Shown here: positions 1-11,160 of the stretch, one piece after another
Layout of the letters: every line of letters begins with the position of its first letter
How positions within the stretch are numbered: position 1 is the stretch's first letter
DNA from: Chiloscyllium plagiosum
Lineage: Eukaryota
Reading direction: 5' to 3'
Length of the DNA stretch: 20,000 nucleotides
Assembly: GCF_004010195.1 (NCBI RefSeq)
Contig: NC_057719.1
Coordinates: forward strand, 44,604,094 to 44,624,093
Made by a program: the position numbers and the translations under genes
Notes under the pieces: generated by a model
Database searches by the model: none
What the model was told of the DNA's origin: nothing
What the model saw: only the letters and a program-made list of their open reading frames with translations

Positions 1-104
1 TGGTGGTCTTCAAAAGTCCACCTTGTGTAAAACTTTGTTGCTGTATGTTAACTTGCACTAAGTCTCATTTACCTATAACATTTGTGGTCAGTGACCTGCA
101 TTGA

Positions 105-241
105 CTTTCAGCCAAGAAGCAGCTTCTGGTCATTTGAACGAATTATATGGCTCAATTATATTTGTTTTATAATGCTTCTGTAAAGTGCCTTGGAACCTTC
201 AACTATACTAAAGGTACTCCATAGATATAGATTGTTGTTGT
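105..241 (+). mobile_element. Degenerate 3' tail of an L2-clade LINE, or of a SINE sharing that tail
   Basis: ctgtaaagtgccttgg...actatactaaagg...gattgttgttgt resembles the recalled fish/shark L2 3' end, which terminates in (TTG)n. Confidence 0.5.
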
Positions 242-1564
242 ACTTTGAAAAACTTTAATTTTTACTATCATTTGACACTCACAGAGTTGATCTCAATTCA
301 AGTCATATTGCATTTAATTTGAAGTGACAAATGTCTCCTTTAAAGCATTTTGACATTGAATAAAAATGCCATGATGTCAAGCTTGACTCTTAGCAATGTA
401 GCAATGCCTATATTCACTGCTCATGAAATTGTAAGGAAAATGTGGCAGCCATGATCCTCAGGTCAATTGTATTTTATATGGAAGACCCTTCCTTTTTGCT
501 TAAACTGCTGATACGAAGTCTTTTGTTTCTTTATTGAATAAATCTGAAGTAAAATATAGCTGTACATTGGTAAAAATATTTCTTATGCCCTGACTTATGT
601 TGACTTATGTTGAATGATATTTGAATGCATCAGTGGGCAATCTGAAAGCCCTGAGTGAGTAATCTTGGTTCTGACATAAATTGCTGTCACGGCTCAGTTT
701 AGATTTAGGACACTAGAAATTTAGCTAAATATTGGAAAAGTCCGAGGAAGCCAGTCCAGGCAGCCCGTATTAAGACAGATCTAATGTCAGAAATTGCCTT
801 TCCTCCTTCTAGTGCTTTCTTCTCTGGAGTAAAGAGCATATATTATAGGATGAGACTTCGCCATTGTTTAAATTGTGTGAAGATGAAAAACAAATTCCAC
901 ATACCCACACCTTGTTTGCTTTATATGCGCTTATCAGCATACCAACTTTTCAAACTATTATAATTAGCTGTTATGAATTGCATTTCACTCAGTAGGCTGC
1001 AGCTTCCTAATTATCTTGTGTACATTCAAACGATTTCAACTGTAAAATTGATCCTGGTGTTCATGCAAAAAGAAAATGTTATGCATAATAATAATTTTGC
1101 AACATAAATAATGTAACAGATTTTTACTAAATACAAATGAAGGGGAAACATAACCTCTCAACCATTTAAAAAGATACTTCAGTGTTAACACAAGTGAAAT
1201 GATTCACTGATAGATGCTCAATAACATATGAACATGCCAACGACACAGTCTCCCTCTTTATGGTTGATTTAAATCACTGTTATCAGCTCTTGAGGTTATC
1301 CAAGTTACAAGGCAAAGCTCAAGCATGCACTCTATCAGGAGCTACAGAAAATAGAAGCATCTCTTTCTCCAGACATCAAGGAGTTAGGATCAGACAAAAT
1401 ATGTGGTATACCAGAAGCTGAATGTTCTCAGCTCTGTACTTAATAAACTGACTTTCTCATTAGTGAATTTAATGGTACCTTAGCTTCATTAGAAGGACCA
1501 ACAAATATCACAAAAGCCATTATGAAATAGTGGCAAGAAGAACAAAGCAATTTGGCAATTAAAG

Positions 1565-1835
1565 ATTGTGTAATGGTTATATTACTGAACTAATGATCTG
1601 GAGAATATGAGATCTAAACCCAGATGGGAATTTTGAAATTTGAATTGCTTAAAACATGTCATGAATTATAAAACACCTTACATCAGTAAATGTGGAACGA
1701 GTCTGCCATATTAGTGTAAACACGCTGCTGGTTCATGACTGTCATTTTGGGAAGTAAATCTGTTGCCCTTTCCAGGTCAGGATTATATATGATGCCAATC
1801 CCACACTAAAGTGGGTTGGCTCAATTGCCCTGCAA
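1565..1835 (+). mobile_element. Highly diverged tRNA-derived SINE, same family as 12699-13033
   Basis: Colinear similarity to 12699-13033: ctggttcatgactgtcattttgggaagtaaatctgttgccctttccaggtc vs ctggttcactaatatcctttagggagggaaacagccatccttaactggtc. Confidence 0.6.
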
Positions 1836-1889
1836 GACTGGAACGGGGTCAAGTTGTAAGAGAAACAACATGACGTGGTACTCAGGTTA

Positions 1890-2180
1890 AAGATGCATGT
1901 AGCATGGAAGCAGACTTTTCAGTCCAACCAGTCCATGCCAATCATTTGCCCAAACTAAACTAGTCCCACCTGCCTGTGTTTGGCCCATATCCCTGCAAAC
2001 CTCTCCTATTCATGAACTAATCCAAATGTCTTCCAAATGTTGTAGTCATACCTGCATCTTGTCACTTTCTTTGACAGTTAATTCCACACACGAGCCACTC
2101 TGCATAAAAAGGTTGCCACTCATGTCCTTTTAAATCTTTCTCCTCTCACCTTAAAAATATGCTACCTAGTTTTAAGCCCC
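1890..2180 (-). mobile_element. CR1-clade (HER1-like) LINE, 5'-truncated 3' end
   Basis: Aligns with 5520-5790 (agcatggaa.caga, ctagtcccac.tgcctg, tggcccatatccct, ttttaaatctttctcctctcaccttaaaaa). Confidence 0.8.
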
Positions 2181-4781
2181 CATATTGTTCAGATTGCTGA
2201 ACAACACATTTACATTTACATCTTTTAATACAAAGGCCGCAAAAGAATAGGGATGTTGTATGAGGAAGGCCAAAGGTGTCAGCATCACCCATTGCTCTCA
2301 TTTCTTTTGCTTCCATTGATGCAGCAGCCTCCCAGTATAGATTTCTATGCATGGTACATCGTCTGTAACCAGGAGTGATACTTCATACTGTAACAATGAC
2401 ATTCAGGGCTCTGCAGAGAGACTGAAAACCAAATGTAAAGTGGAATCAATGAGATTTACAGAAAAAAGTGCAAACTCATGTAGCGTGCATTGTTTTCCAA
2501 GCCACCAAACCGCCCTGAACAAATCTCCTTCCTCTCTTGGCCACCATGTCTTGGTGCACGTTCCTGGCTTTGCAGCTGCCTTAGATGGAACCTGCTCAGC
2601 AATGGAGCCCATTGGCCCTGTAACCTTCATTTAATGACTCTGAGGGTATTTGTGTTTGGACAGGCTAGATATACCAAGATGGAGTCCAATGTGCACCAAA
2701 TGACAATAGACTCCAACAGAGGTGCAATGTGATAAGGTACAACATGCCCTGTGCCACAAAAGGAGGATTGAGAATTCAGTTAGGGCTGAAATACGTTACA
2801 ACAATAGGGTTGATTATTTATGGTCATTTCAAAAGTTTTTTGGGGCCATCTGTAATCCCAGAACAAATATGTTGTTGCTGGGAGGAAGGGTGACTGTGTG
2901 AATGCACTAGTTGTCAACTTCCTAAAGGATGTTTGCACTCATTATATTTTATGTTTCTGATTGACTCCTGGTTCCTGAATATGGACCTTCATATCTGTTT
3001 TTGAGTGTCTCCATTTTTCTTTCTCTTTACCTCATGGTTACAAAGACATTAGCTTATTTTATCCAAAATATTGGATCAATCAGAAATGGAAAGTCATATG
3101 GAGCAGAACATGGTGCAAGTCATGAAGTTAAGCAAGAATAGAATCGGCCACATTTTAAATTACTTGGCAACAGGAAATGGGAATACTTGGAGCCCAAAAT
3201 GGGAACAGGCTGAAACCAAAAATAATGGTGTTTCTCAAATGGCGGCTCAGACTGCATTCTGGGATTTTTCTTTCTTCCTTATCTTAATTAATCTTTTTGA
3301 AGCAGGTAGTATATTTTCCACCATATTGACTTCACTTTTCTGCTTTTCTTAAATTATTTTGATTGTTTTGTTTTCTGTTTTCAGCTGTTTCTTTATATCC
3401 TATACATTTTGTTTTCTGTTACCCTCTCGTTCCTTCCTCATTTATCTTTCCATTGCTGTTTGTACACTACTTTTACAATTTTACATCTGAAGTTTGTTTT
3501 CCCTAAACGTTGGGGAATGAAGGACAAACAATGTGGATTGCAGGTCAGGTAAATGCACAGGGGCCAATGCAATAGTTCTGACAGGAAAACATTTGATTTT
3601 TATTGTTGTCACGTACTGCGACGCCACAAGGAAATAATCAAAGCAGGCAGCCTATGAAACACTTAGATTTAAAGTTCACTTGTGAACTAACAGTGGCAAG
3701 AAGCAGCAAATATCTCAGCCAAGCAGCTGGCAAGACTGGAGTAGAAAGGTGATGACCAGTAAGTTACACTTTGGTGGTTGGCAAAGCCTGCAGAGGCAGT
3801 GGGCTCGTGACATTTCATTTTCCTCTGTTTGTCTCGTATGTGGAATATGTCTCATGGGGAATGGGAGCAGGTTTCTCTTTAAAGACAACTAAAGAGTCTT
3901 GCATGGCTCTGGTCAGTACTGTACTAGGTCAGTTACAGGCAAACTCAAACTTTAGGTAGAAATCACTTATAACAGAAAATTAATTCTACAAGTGAGTTTA
4001 GAATTCTACATTTTCCTTTTTCTATCAATGTTTGTCTTTGTTTGTATGCACTTATCTGACTGAGAAACCAAGATAGCAACAAAAGATTTTTGTGAAGGAT
4101 TTGAACCTTGTCTCAATGATTCAGCATCTGTTTCTTGCTGCTAGTAGTAATGATTTATAGTTGCAAATTTTATTCTGGCTTCCTATGTGGTGATAGCTAC
4201 ATTCCATACTTGTCATAGCAGAATTCTGTCACAGCTTTACACATACAACGTTTCCAGCAGTGTGACACAGGTGTTTATATGAGCTGCACAGAGTGACAGA
4301 GGAAGTGTGACAGTTGAAAAACAAAGTAAGTGTCACTTCTGTTGGTCATGGTGAATCAGAGTGTTTGATGTTTCCTATTAATCTGAATAATGTAACATAC
4401 ATCCATACATTCGTCAGTTTAAAATCTAAAATGAGTTTGAGTTTTTATTCAAAATCTGAATAACTGGGACATGATAAAGCAGATAAAAACCAGAGCCCAA
4501 ATGATCTGTGTAATTTCAAATACCATCACTAAACCTCAAGAAAACAAACAAGCAAATAAGCCTGGTTAGATAAGGTAGATGAGAGCACATAATGCCCCTC
4601 ATCTCCTCTTGCAGGGTTTAACCTTTCCTTAAATAATTTTGGGACTTCAGACTCTCATGCACTTCCAGGATGATATTCACCTTGCGCTTGAGACATATCT
4701 TCTGCCCCAGTCTGAAATTGGAAATGGCACCTTGATCTAGTTTGCTGGAGCTGCAGGAGTTGGAGGAGGGAGAGAGAAAAA

Positions 4782-4965
4782 GTGTGTGTGCGCGTGTATG
4801 TATATGTATGAATGTATATATACATGTGTGGGGGGGGGGTGCATGTGTACATGTACATGTGTCTACATGTGTATATGTGGATGTGTATATGTGTGTGCTG
4901 TGTGAATATGTATGTGTGCATATGTAGGTGTTTATATGTGTGTGTACATATGCATGTTTGAGTGT
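4782..4965. repeat. Degenerate (TG/TA)n microsatellite, low complexity
   Basis: Alternating purine-pyrimidine runs. These explain the His/Thr- and Val/Cys-rich spurious ORFs. Confidence 0.9.
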
Positions 4966-5329
4966 GATGAGCATGTAATCTAATAAATAAATCAATCCAG
5001 AAATAAACAGAAAAATCAATCTTAAATGGGAATAAAGTTATAATGGGAAGACTGCAAATCTTATTCCCCCAAATGCTAGAGGCCATATTGTTGTACAGAA
5101 ATGATTACTGGGGAAATTTTTGCTGCACCATTTGTAAGAAACTGTATCTACTAAGTGAGCTGCATTGTTCAAAGTAGAAGGATGAAGCTACAAGGATATC
5201 ACTACAAAACATAAATTCTAGTTATCTTACCAGTTTAAAATTTTGGTATCACAAAAACTTGTACATTGCGAAGAAATGTCCACGGTCTATTTGTGTCCTT
5301 AGCTGTCAAGAATATATTCTTTGGGGGAA

Positions 5330-5500
5330 AGGTGATGGCGCTGTAGTGGTAATATCACTGGACTTGTAATTCAGAAGCTCAGCATCTGCAGTCCTCACTT
5401 TCTCCTTGTAATTCAGCACCTCAGACTAATATCCTGGGACATGAGTTTGTATTCCTCCTTGGCAAATAGCAAAATTTAAATTCAATAGTCAGTTCACCGT
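5330..5500 (+). mobile_element. 5' half of a tRNA-derived SINE (family of 12699-13033), split by the CR1 insertion
   Basis: ggtgatggcgctgtagtggtaatatcactggac...aaattcaata matches the head of 12699-13033. Confidence 0.65.
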
Positions 5501-5503
5501 GTA

Positions 5504-6437
5504 ATAGAATCAGAGTCATAGACTCATACAGCATGGAAACAGATACTTCAATCCAACTCGTCCATGCCGACCAAATTTCCCAAAATACACTAGTCCCACT
5601 TGCCTGCATTTGGCCCATATCCCTCTAAACCTTACCGCTCCAAATGTCTTTTAAGTGTTTGAACTGTATCTGCATTTACCACTTCCTCTGACAGTTCATT
5701 CCTACGAATCACCCTCTATGAAAATCACCCTCAGGTCCCTTTTAAATCTTTCTCCTCTCACCTTAAAAAATGCCCCCGGTTTTGAACTCTTCTATCCTGG
5801 GGAAAAAGACCTTTGCTATTCATCATATCTATACCTCTCATGGCTTTATAAACCTCCATAAGGTCACCCTCCTATGCTCCAATGAAAAGTGTCCCAGCCT
5901 ATCCGGCCTCTCATAACCAAAAACCTCCAGTCCCGCAACATTCTGGTAAATTGTTTCTTAACCCTCTCTAATTTAAAATCTCCTTCCTACAGTAGGGTGA
6001 CCAAAACTGCATAAAGTATTCCAAAAATGGCCTCACCACTGTCCTGCACAATCTCAAAATGATGTCCCAAATGACCTGAGTAATGAAGGCAAGCATGCTA
6101 AAAGTCTTCTTAACCACCCTATCTATCTTTGACACAACTTTCACAGATCTATGTACCTGAACCCATAGGTCTCTTTGTTCAACAACAGTATCCAAGGCCC
6201 TACCATTAACCGTATGAGGTGTACCCTTGTTTGTTTTACCACAATATAGCACCTTGCATTTATCCAAATTAAACTCCATCTGCTACTCCTCAGCCCATTG
6301 GTCCAATTGATCAAGGTCTCTTCATAATGTTAGATAACCTTCTTCAATGTTCACTATGCCACCAATTTTGGTGTCATCTGCAAACTTACTAATCATGCCT
6401 CCTAAATTCCCATCCAAATTGTTTATATAAATAACAG
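5504..6437 (-). mobile_element. CR1-clade (HER1-like) LINE fragment: RT C-terminus plus 3' UTR
   Basis: Minus strand reads VIYINNLDGNLGGMISKFADDTKIGG (about 6435-6358) and MEFNLDKCKVL...RPFLEYFMQFWSPY (ORF 5968-6279). It ends in a (CTATGA(C/T)T)-like tandem tail, and its 3' end resembles the HE1 SINE tail. Confidence 0.9.
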
Positions 6438-6620
6438 ACTCTGTCAATTGTTATAAAAACCCACCCAGTTCACTTATGTCTATAGGAAAGGACATCTGCC
6501 ATGCTTACCTGGTCTGGCCTACATGTGATTCCAGACTGACAGGAATTATTGACTCTGGAAAATTAGCGATGGGTAATAAATGTTGGCCCAGACCCCCACA
6601 TTCTATGAAAGAATAAAAAC
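6438..6620 (+). mobile_element. 3' half of the SINE begun at 5330
   Basis: tgtcaattgttataaaaacccacccagttcact...cttacctggtctggcctacatgtgattccaga...aataaatg matches 12853-13033. Confidence 0.75.
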
Positions 6621-7602
6621 AAAATCTTTACAAATAGCACAATTTTATATCACATTGTATGTTAGTAATTAACTTCAATCATGCTAATGCACAAAGAATT
6701 ATAAACAGCAGTTATTTGTATAACTCTTACCTCACTGTACTTTCATGGATTAATAATTTTAATCACACACCAAGATAATAAAAGGTGAAATACCTCACAT
6801 CACAAAATATTTAACATGTCTATAAGTGTAAATGAAACAAAACTATATAACTAAAAATGGTAGTGAGTCAACAGATACTATAGGTCAAATAACTAGATAA
6901 ACTATTTTTTGCTTTATACTTCTGATTTATGATGTTACAGCCTTATAACTGTTACCTCGATGCCTTTGTACAAGCACGTTGTATCAAAAGGTCACACATC
7001 AAGAGCAGGCATTTCAACAATACTGATAAAAGTCAGATCATGTTGAAGCATCTTTCCAGCATGACATGAAACAGGTACTGAACATTTATCTGTTACAAAT
7101 CAGCTTTGATTGAATCCATGACAAGTCTATCTCAGCAATTAGGACAGCTGAAACTGGACACCTACTCAGATCTTGATTTCTCTTAGCAGGCATCCTCCTG
7201 CACATGTTGAGATGAATGAGAGATCTTCCCTCAATTCATTTTATTTGTAACAGATTCATTTTGCTGTTAGTGCTGCAGACTTCCTTTCTCAATTTGTTCA
7301 TTTCATTGTGTTTGAGGTGTGGTAATAAAAGTGAACATAATTGGTAAGGAATATGTCATGTCTTCTGGTTCCCTTCAGCTAGAAATAATCACACTTTGGA
7401 GTCTAAATGCTGGACTGTTGAATATATTTCTTGCTGCTTTTTGTGTGACTAATGGACTGATACATTATTATTCACCACATGACCATAGTGCAACAGTGAG
7501 TATGGCACCTGCAATGTATATTCACTTAACAAATCATTCTCACCTTATCACAAATAATATATCAATATAAAATCCCTCCATTTCTTAAAAAAAAGCTTCT
7601 TT

Positions 7603-7980
7603 TTTATGTATATATTTTTATTGAAAAGTTTTTTTTTAAAAAAATTGCAACAAATCCAAAATAAGACAATTCAAAACAGTACAAAGAAAAAGCACAGAAC
7701 TACGTTCATGTATAAATATGTGTGTATATATACATATGTATATATATATATATATATAATAAGAAAAAAAGAAAAGAAAAGAAAAAGAAAAGAAAAGAAA
7801 ACCAACAACTAACCACTAGCTAACTAATAAATAATAATAATAATAATACAGCTCAGCAAGACAAAACAATAGCTCTCGACCATCGAGAGCATTAATTTAT
7901 GCATATTCATATGTTCATAATTCTTTCTCTCTGGGTATTAGATTTATTACTCACAATCAGCATGGCTATATAAAAGCCCT
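7603..7980 (-). mobile_element. 5'-truncated L1-like 3' UTR insertion with TSD; contains (TA)n, (GAAAA)n and (AAT)n
   Basis: Minus strand ends AATAAAAATATATACATAAAAAA. Flanked by the direct repeat aaaaagcttcttt at 7590-7602 and 7983-7995. Confidence 0.7.
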
Positions 7981-8039
7981 TTAAAAAGCTTCTTTATCAG
8001 TATTATCGTTCCAATCATTAATTTTCAACTTATAAATAT

Positions 8040-8890
8040 CTAACATAAAAAATGATATTTACAGCATGTTTCCTTTTCTTGAAAGTGTTGTGCTCGGTTG
8101 TGTGCCTCCATCTTGTAGATTTGGCATTCATTGCTCTCAGTGATGAGTTTGAACATAGCAAGGGTGATGTGTGTGTGTGTTGCAGCAGTCATGCTTGATG
8201 TTGCTGACATTGTGTCACTTGCTGGTGATGTTGTGAATGTTGCACTGTATGGCGATGATTCTGTTGATAATGACTGGCTTGTTATAGTGATGTTGTTTGA
8301 AGGTCTTTGACACTTTTCCAACTCAGATGGTAGAATAAGAACTCTGTTCCTTCTCAATTGTTTACTGCGTTTGGTCTCAGTGACGTTTGATCTTGGGGTC
8401 TCATCTTCAGCAGCTATCTGGGTTGGGCTGGATTTCAATTTTTCGTGATTTGATCCTATACATGTATAGTTTCAACAGCTCAGGCAGAGATATAACATGC
8501 TTGGCAGCATTGTCTTACACTTTCTTCAATTCAACAGCCATGAAGGCAATTTTGTATCAGCCTGGAGAGGTGCATGTTGTAATGACAATAGGGCGCAGTT
8601 TGTACCTTCCTGTGACTCTCTGTGCATGTTGTTTTCACTGTCTGGACATGTGATGATGGGATGACGATGTTGAACCCCATATTGTTTGGTAAATCCTCTA
8701 AATTCTTTCAAAATGAACTGGTCTCCCATTGTCACATATTACTCTTCCAGGAATCCCTTGCTCTGGAAACAGAACCACTACTGCTGAGAAGATAGCTGTC
8801 AAATCTTACCTTTGGAATAAAAGGGAATTTTGAATATTAGATTTCAACTATGAAATACTATTTTTGATTGTGTGTGAATATACCAACTCA
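8040..8890 (-). pseudogene. Ty3/Gypsy integrase core and C-terminus, decayed
   Basis: Minus strand: VGIFTHNQK*YFIVEI*YSKFPF; LFPEQGIPGRVICDNG/DQFILKEFRGFTKQYGVQH; TPRSNVTETKRSKQLRRNR (the PRSY...RRNR motif). Confidence 0.85.
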
Positions 8891-9624
8891 ACAAGCAACA
8901 ATTAAAGGTTCAGTTGTTGATGATTTGGAGCTGAGGAACAGTTCAGCTGCAGTTTTGTTCGCAGCAAGAAGTTGATCGGTGTATGGACTAGACAAGTTAT
9001 CAATGATTGGTTCTTTTGTAACTGAACAGTTTTGAGCTGAGAGCATTTTAGAGAGAGGGAGAGAAAGCAGCATACAGTTCTTCTCCAGCTCAAGGTTGGT
9101 CTCTTTATTCTCTTTATTATAAGCAAACCTCACAGTAAACCTGAAGAAAATCAGTTTATCCTTTCTGCATCAATTGTTGCATGTTGTGAATTTCGAATGA
9201 TAAATCAGAGTACTTTCACAAGCAAACCAGCCAACTTGTGTCTCTCACCAACTCGTGGAAGCATCTGGAGAATGATGACTGAAGCAATGTGCTGATCAGC
9301 AGAAGAATCATTAAGATCAGCTTAACAACAGAGCCTGAGAACAAAGACTACTGAACTGTCATTCCAGATTTTTCCCATTTACACAGTCTGTTTCTCCGTC
9401 TATATTTATAAAGGAACAGATATTTTAATTTATAATGTTATATGCTGATGTTTTATAACTCTTAACCTGTAGTTAAAGTCTAATTACTTGTAATAAATAG
9501 TAATCATTGTTCAACACAGAAATCTGGCCCATACTTTTTATTAATCTATGTCTGAACATCAAGTAAATTGGGGAACATTGCATCCTTTATAAATTCTTTA
9601 ACTTTGAAAGAATTCCCCAGTGAG
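8891..9624 (+). mobile_element. Truncated LTR-like insert within the Gypsy integrase
   Basis: Non-coding block between the integrase zinc finger and core. AATAAA at 9492-9497. Loose resemblance to the 3' part of 11161-12218. No TSD or TG..CA ends seen. Confidence 0.4.
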
Positions 9625-9811
9625 GTGCAACAACTGTAGGCACCATTGTGTTTGTATTTTTTCTGGATGATTACCCAGTACACAGCTGATGTGGCTCTGA
9701 GGTCACACTTTTCCATTCCCATGTGGCCTTTACTATTCTATTAGAGAAATCTTTGGGTGCATATTTTTGGGTCTGACTATTCTGCAAGCAACTGAACTCT
9801 GTCTTTCAGTG
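9625..9811 (-). pseudogene. Gypsy integrase H2C2 zinc-binding region, decayed
   Basis: Minus strand GHMGMEKCDLRATSAVYW matches the canonical H-x-G-H-x-G...RAR..VYWP. Confidence 0.8.
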
Positions 9812-10133
9812 AGATTAGATTAGATTAGATTAGATTACAGTGTGGAAACAGGCCCTTCGGCCCAACAAGTCCACACCGACCCGCCGAAGCGAAACCCACC
9901 CATACCCCTACATTTACCCCTTACCTAACACTATGGGCAATTTAGCATGGCCAATTCACCTGACCCTGCACATCTTTGGACTGTGGGAGGAAACCGGAGC
10001 ACCCGGAGGAAACCCACGCAGACACGGGGAGAATGTGCAAACTCCACACAGTCAGTCGCCTGAGGCGGGAATTGAACCCGGGTCTCTGGCGCTGTGAGGC
10101 AGCAGTGCTAACCACTGTGCCACCGTGCCGCCC
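9812..10133 (-). mobile_element. Full-length young HE1-family V-SINE
   Basis: Starts GGGCGGCACGGTGGCACAGTGG. Pol III A box 10112-10122, B box GGTTCAATTCC 10068-10078. V domain TGTGTGGAGTTTGCACATTCTCCCCGTGTCTGCGTGGGTTTCCTCCGGG, HER1-like tail and (AATCT)5 terminus. CpGs retained. Confidence 0.93.
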
Positions 10134-10263
10134 ATCATTTTGCACAATGACAGGTTCTTTTTGGTCACAGTATGACAGAGTTTTCTCCTTGCATTTTACT
10201 TCCTTGAGTTTGTTGAATCACTTTTTGTGTGCCTTTAACCACTGGTATGCCACACATCCTTTA
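10133..10263 (+). repeat. Exact 131-bp direct copy of 10767-10897
   Basis: Base-by-base identical by eye, offset 634. Both ORF-track peptides contain SFCTMTGSFWSQYDRVFSLHFTSLSLLNHFLCAFNHWYATHPL. Confidence 0.97.
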
Positions 10264-11160
10264 GAGAAGACTAGATGTCTCCTCTACAAACCCAGTTCTG
10301 TTGTATTACTGACTGTGACTGTTGCATCCTGCCAGATCATCTCTGGATCACTTGCTGAATAAGTATCTGTAACTTTTTTTGTTGGCTTCGTCTTTAATAT
10401 GACACAGGTTTGGTGGAATTACACTCACTAGGTGTTGAAACTAAGACAGGGCACCTGCTAGCACTATTTTATATTCCTGTCTTGTATTTCAGAGTGAAAT
10501 CAAAACCCTGAAGCCGCAGGAGTAATCTGTGTACTCCAGCTGGTGTCTCCATTCAGATTCTGCTTGTAAATCTCCTCCAGTGGCTATGATCACTCTTCAC
10601 TTTCTCCAATGAAAATATGTATGTAATTTCTTAGACCCATATAAGACTGTCAAATGTTTTCCTTTTTTGCTGCCATATCTGGCCTCAGTTGATTTTAGAG
10701 CTTTGGGTGTGAATGGTATTGACATCCCCTCTTGTATTAGAGGTATTCCTAGTCCTTTTGTAGAAGCATCATTTTGCACAATGACAGGTTCTTTTTGGTC
10801 ACAGTATGACAGAGTTTTCTCCTTGCATTTTACTTCCTTGAGTTTGTTGAATCACTTTTTGTGTGCCTTTAACCACTGGTATGCCACACATCCTTTAAAA
10901 ATGGTGTCATAGCTTCACTATATGTTGATTCATGTGAAGTTTGAAAGAATTCACGTACTGGATCAAGTCAAGGAAAATTCTCAACTTTTGATCCTCTGTC
11001 TCAGAGATGGCTGTGACATTTTCTGGGCTTAGCTTGACACTGGTGGATAGGTACACCATCCCCTAAGATCTGAAATTCTGGCAACTTCACAATGCATTTA
11101 TATGTGTTTAGCTTGATCCCAGCTTTCCTAAATCTCTTCATGCCTTCATGTAGATGGTGG
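10264..11160 (-). pseudogene. Gypsy RT thumb/connection and RNase H, decayed
   Basis: Minus strand: HLHEGMKRFRKAGIKLNTYKC; QNDASTKGLG...KALKSTEARY...KLHTYF; SDH..PLE; RLLLRLQGFDFTLKYK. Confidence 0.88.

Noticed and set aside
591..613. tgacttatgt tandem duplication
   Set aside because: Ordinary 10-bp slippage duplication.
2490..3005. ERV-like hints: purine tract aaaaggagga+ttg at 2758-2770 (+) and LKNRYEGPY at 3005-2979 (-)
   Set aside because: The two hints are short, on opposite strands, and lack supporting domains or LTR boundaries.
3607..3812. TGTCACG...CGTGACA 7-bp inverted ends (solo LTR or MITE?)
   Set aside because: No TSD and no second copy; could be chance.
4260..4340. Cluster of TGACA and GAGGAAGTG motifs (enhancer-like)
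   Set aside because: Short motifs cannot be distinguished from chance without conservation or chromatin data.
4618..5086. 133-143 aa His/Thr-rich ORFs
   Set aside because: Translation of the TG/TA microsatellite.
9840..10362. ORFs over the HE1 SINE
   Set aside because: Chance frames in a GC-rich SINE plus the duplicated segment.
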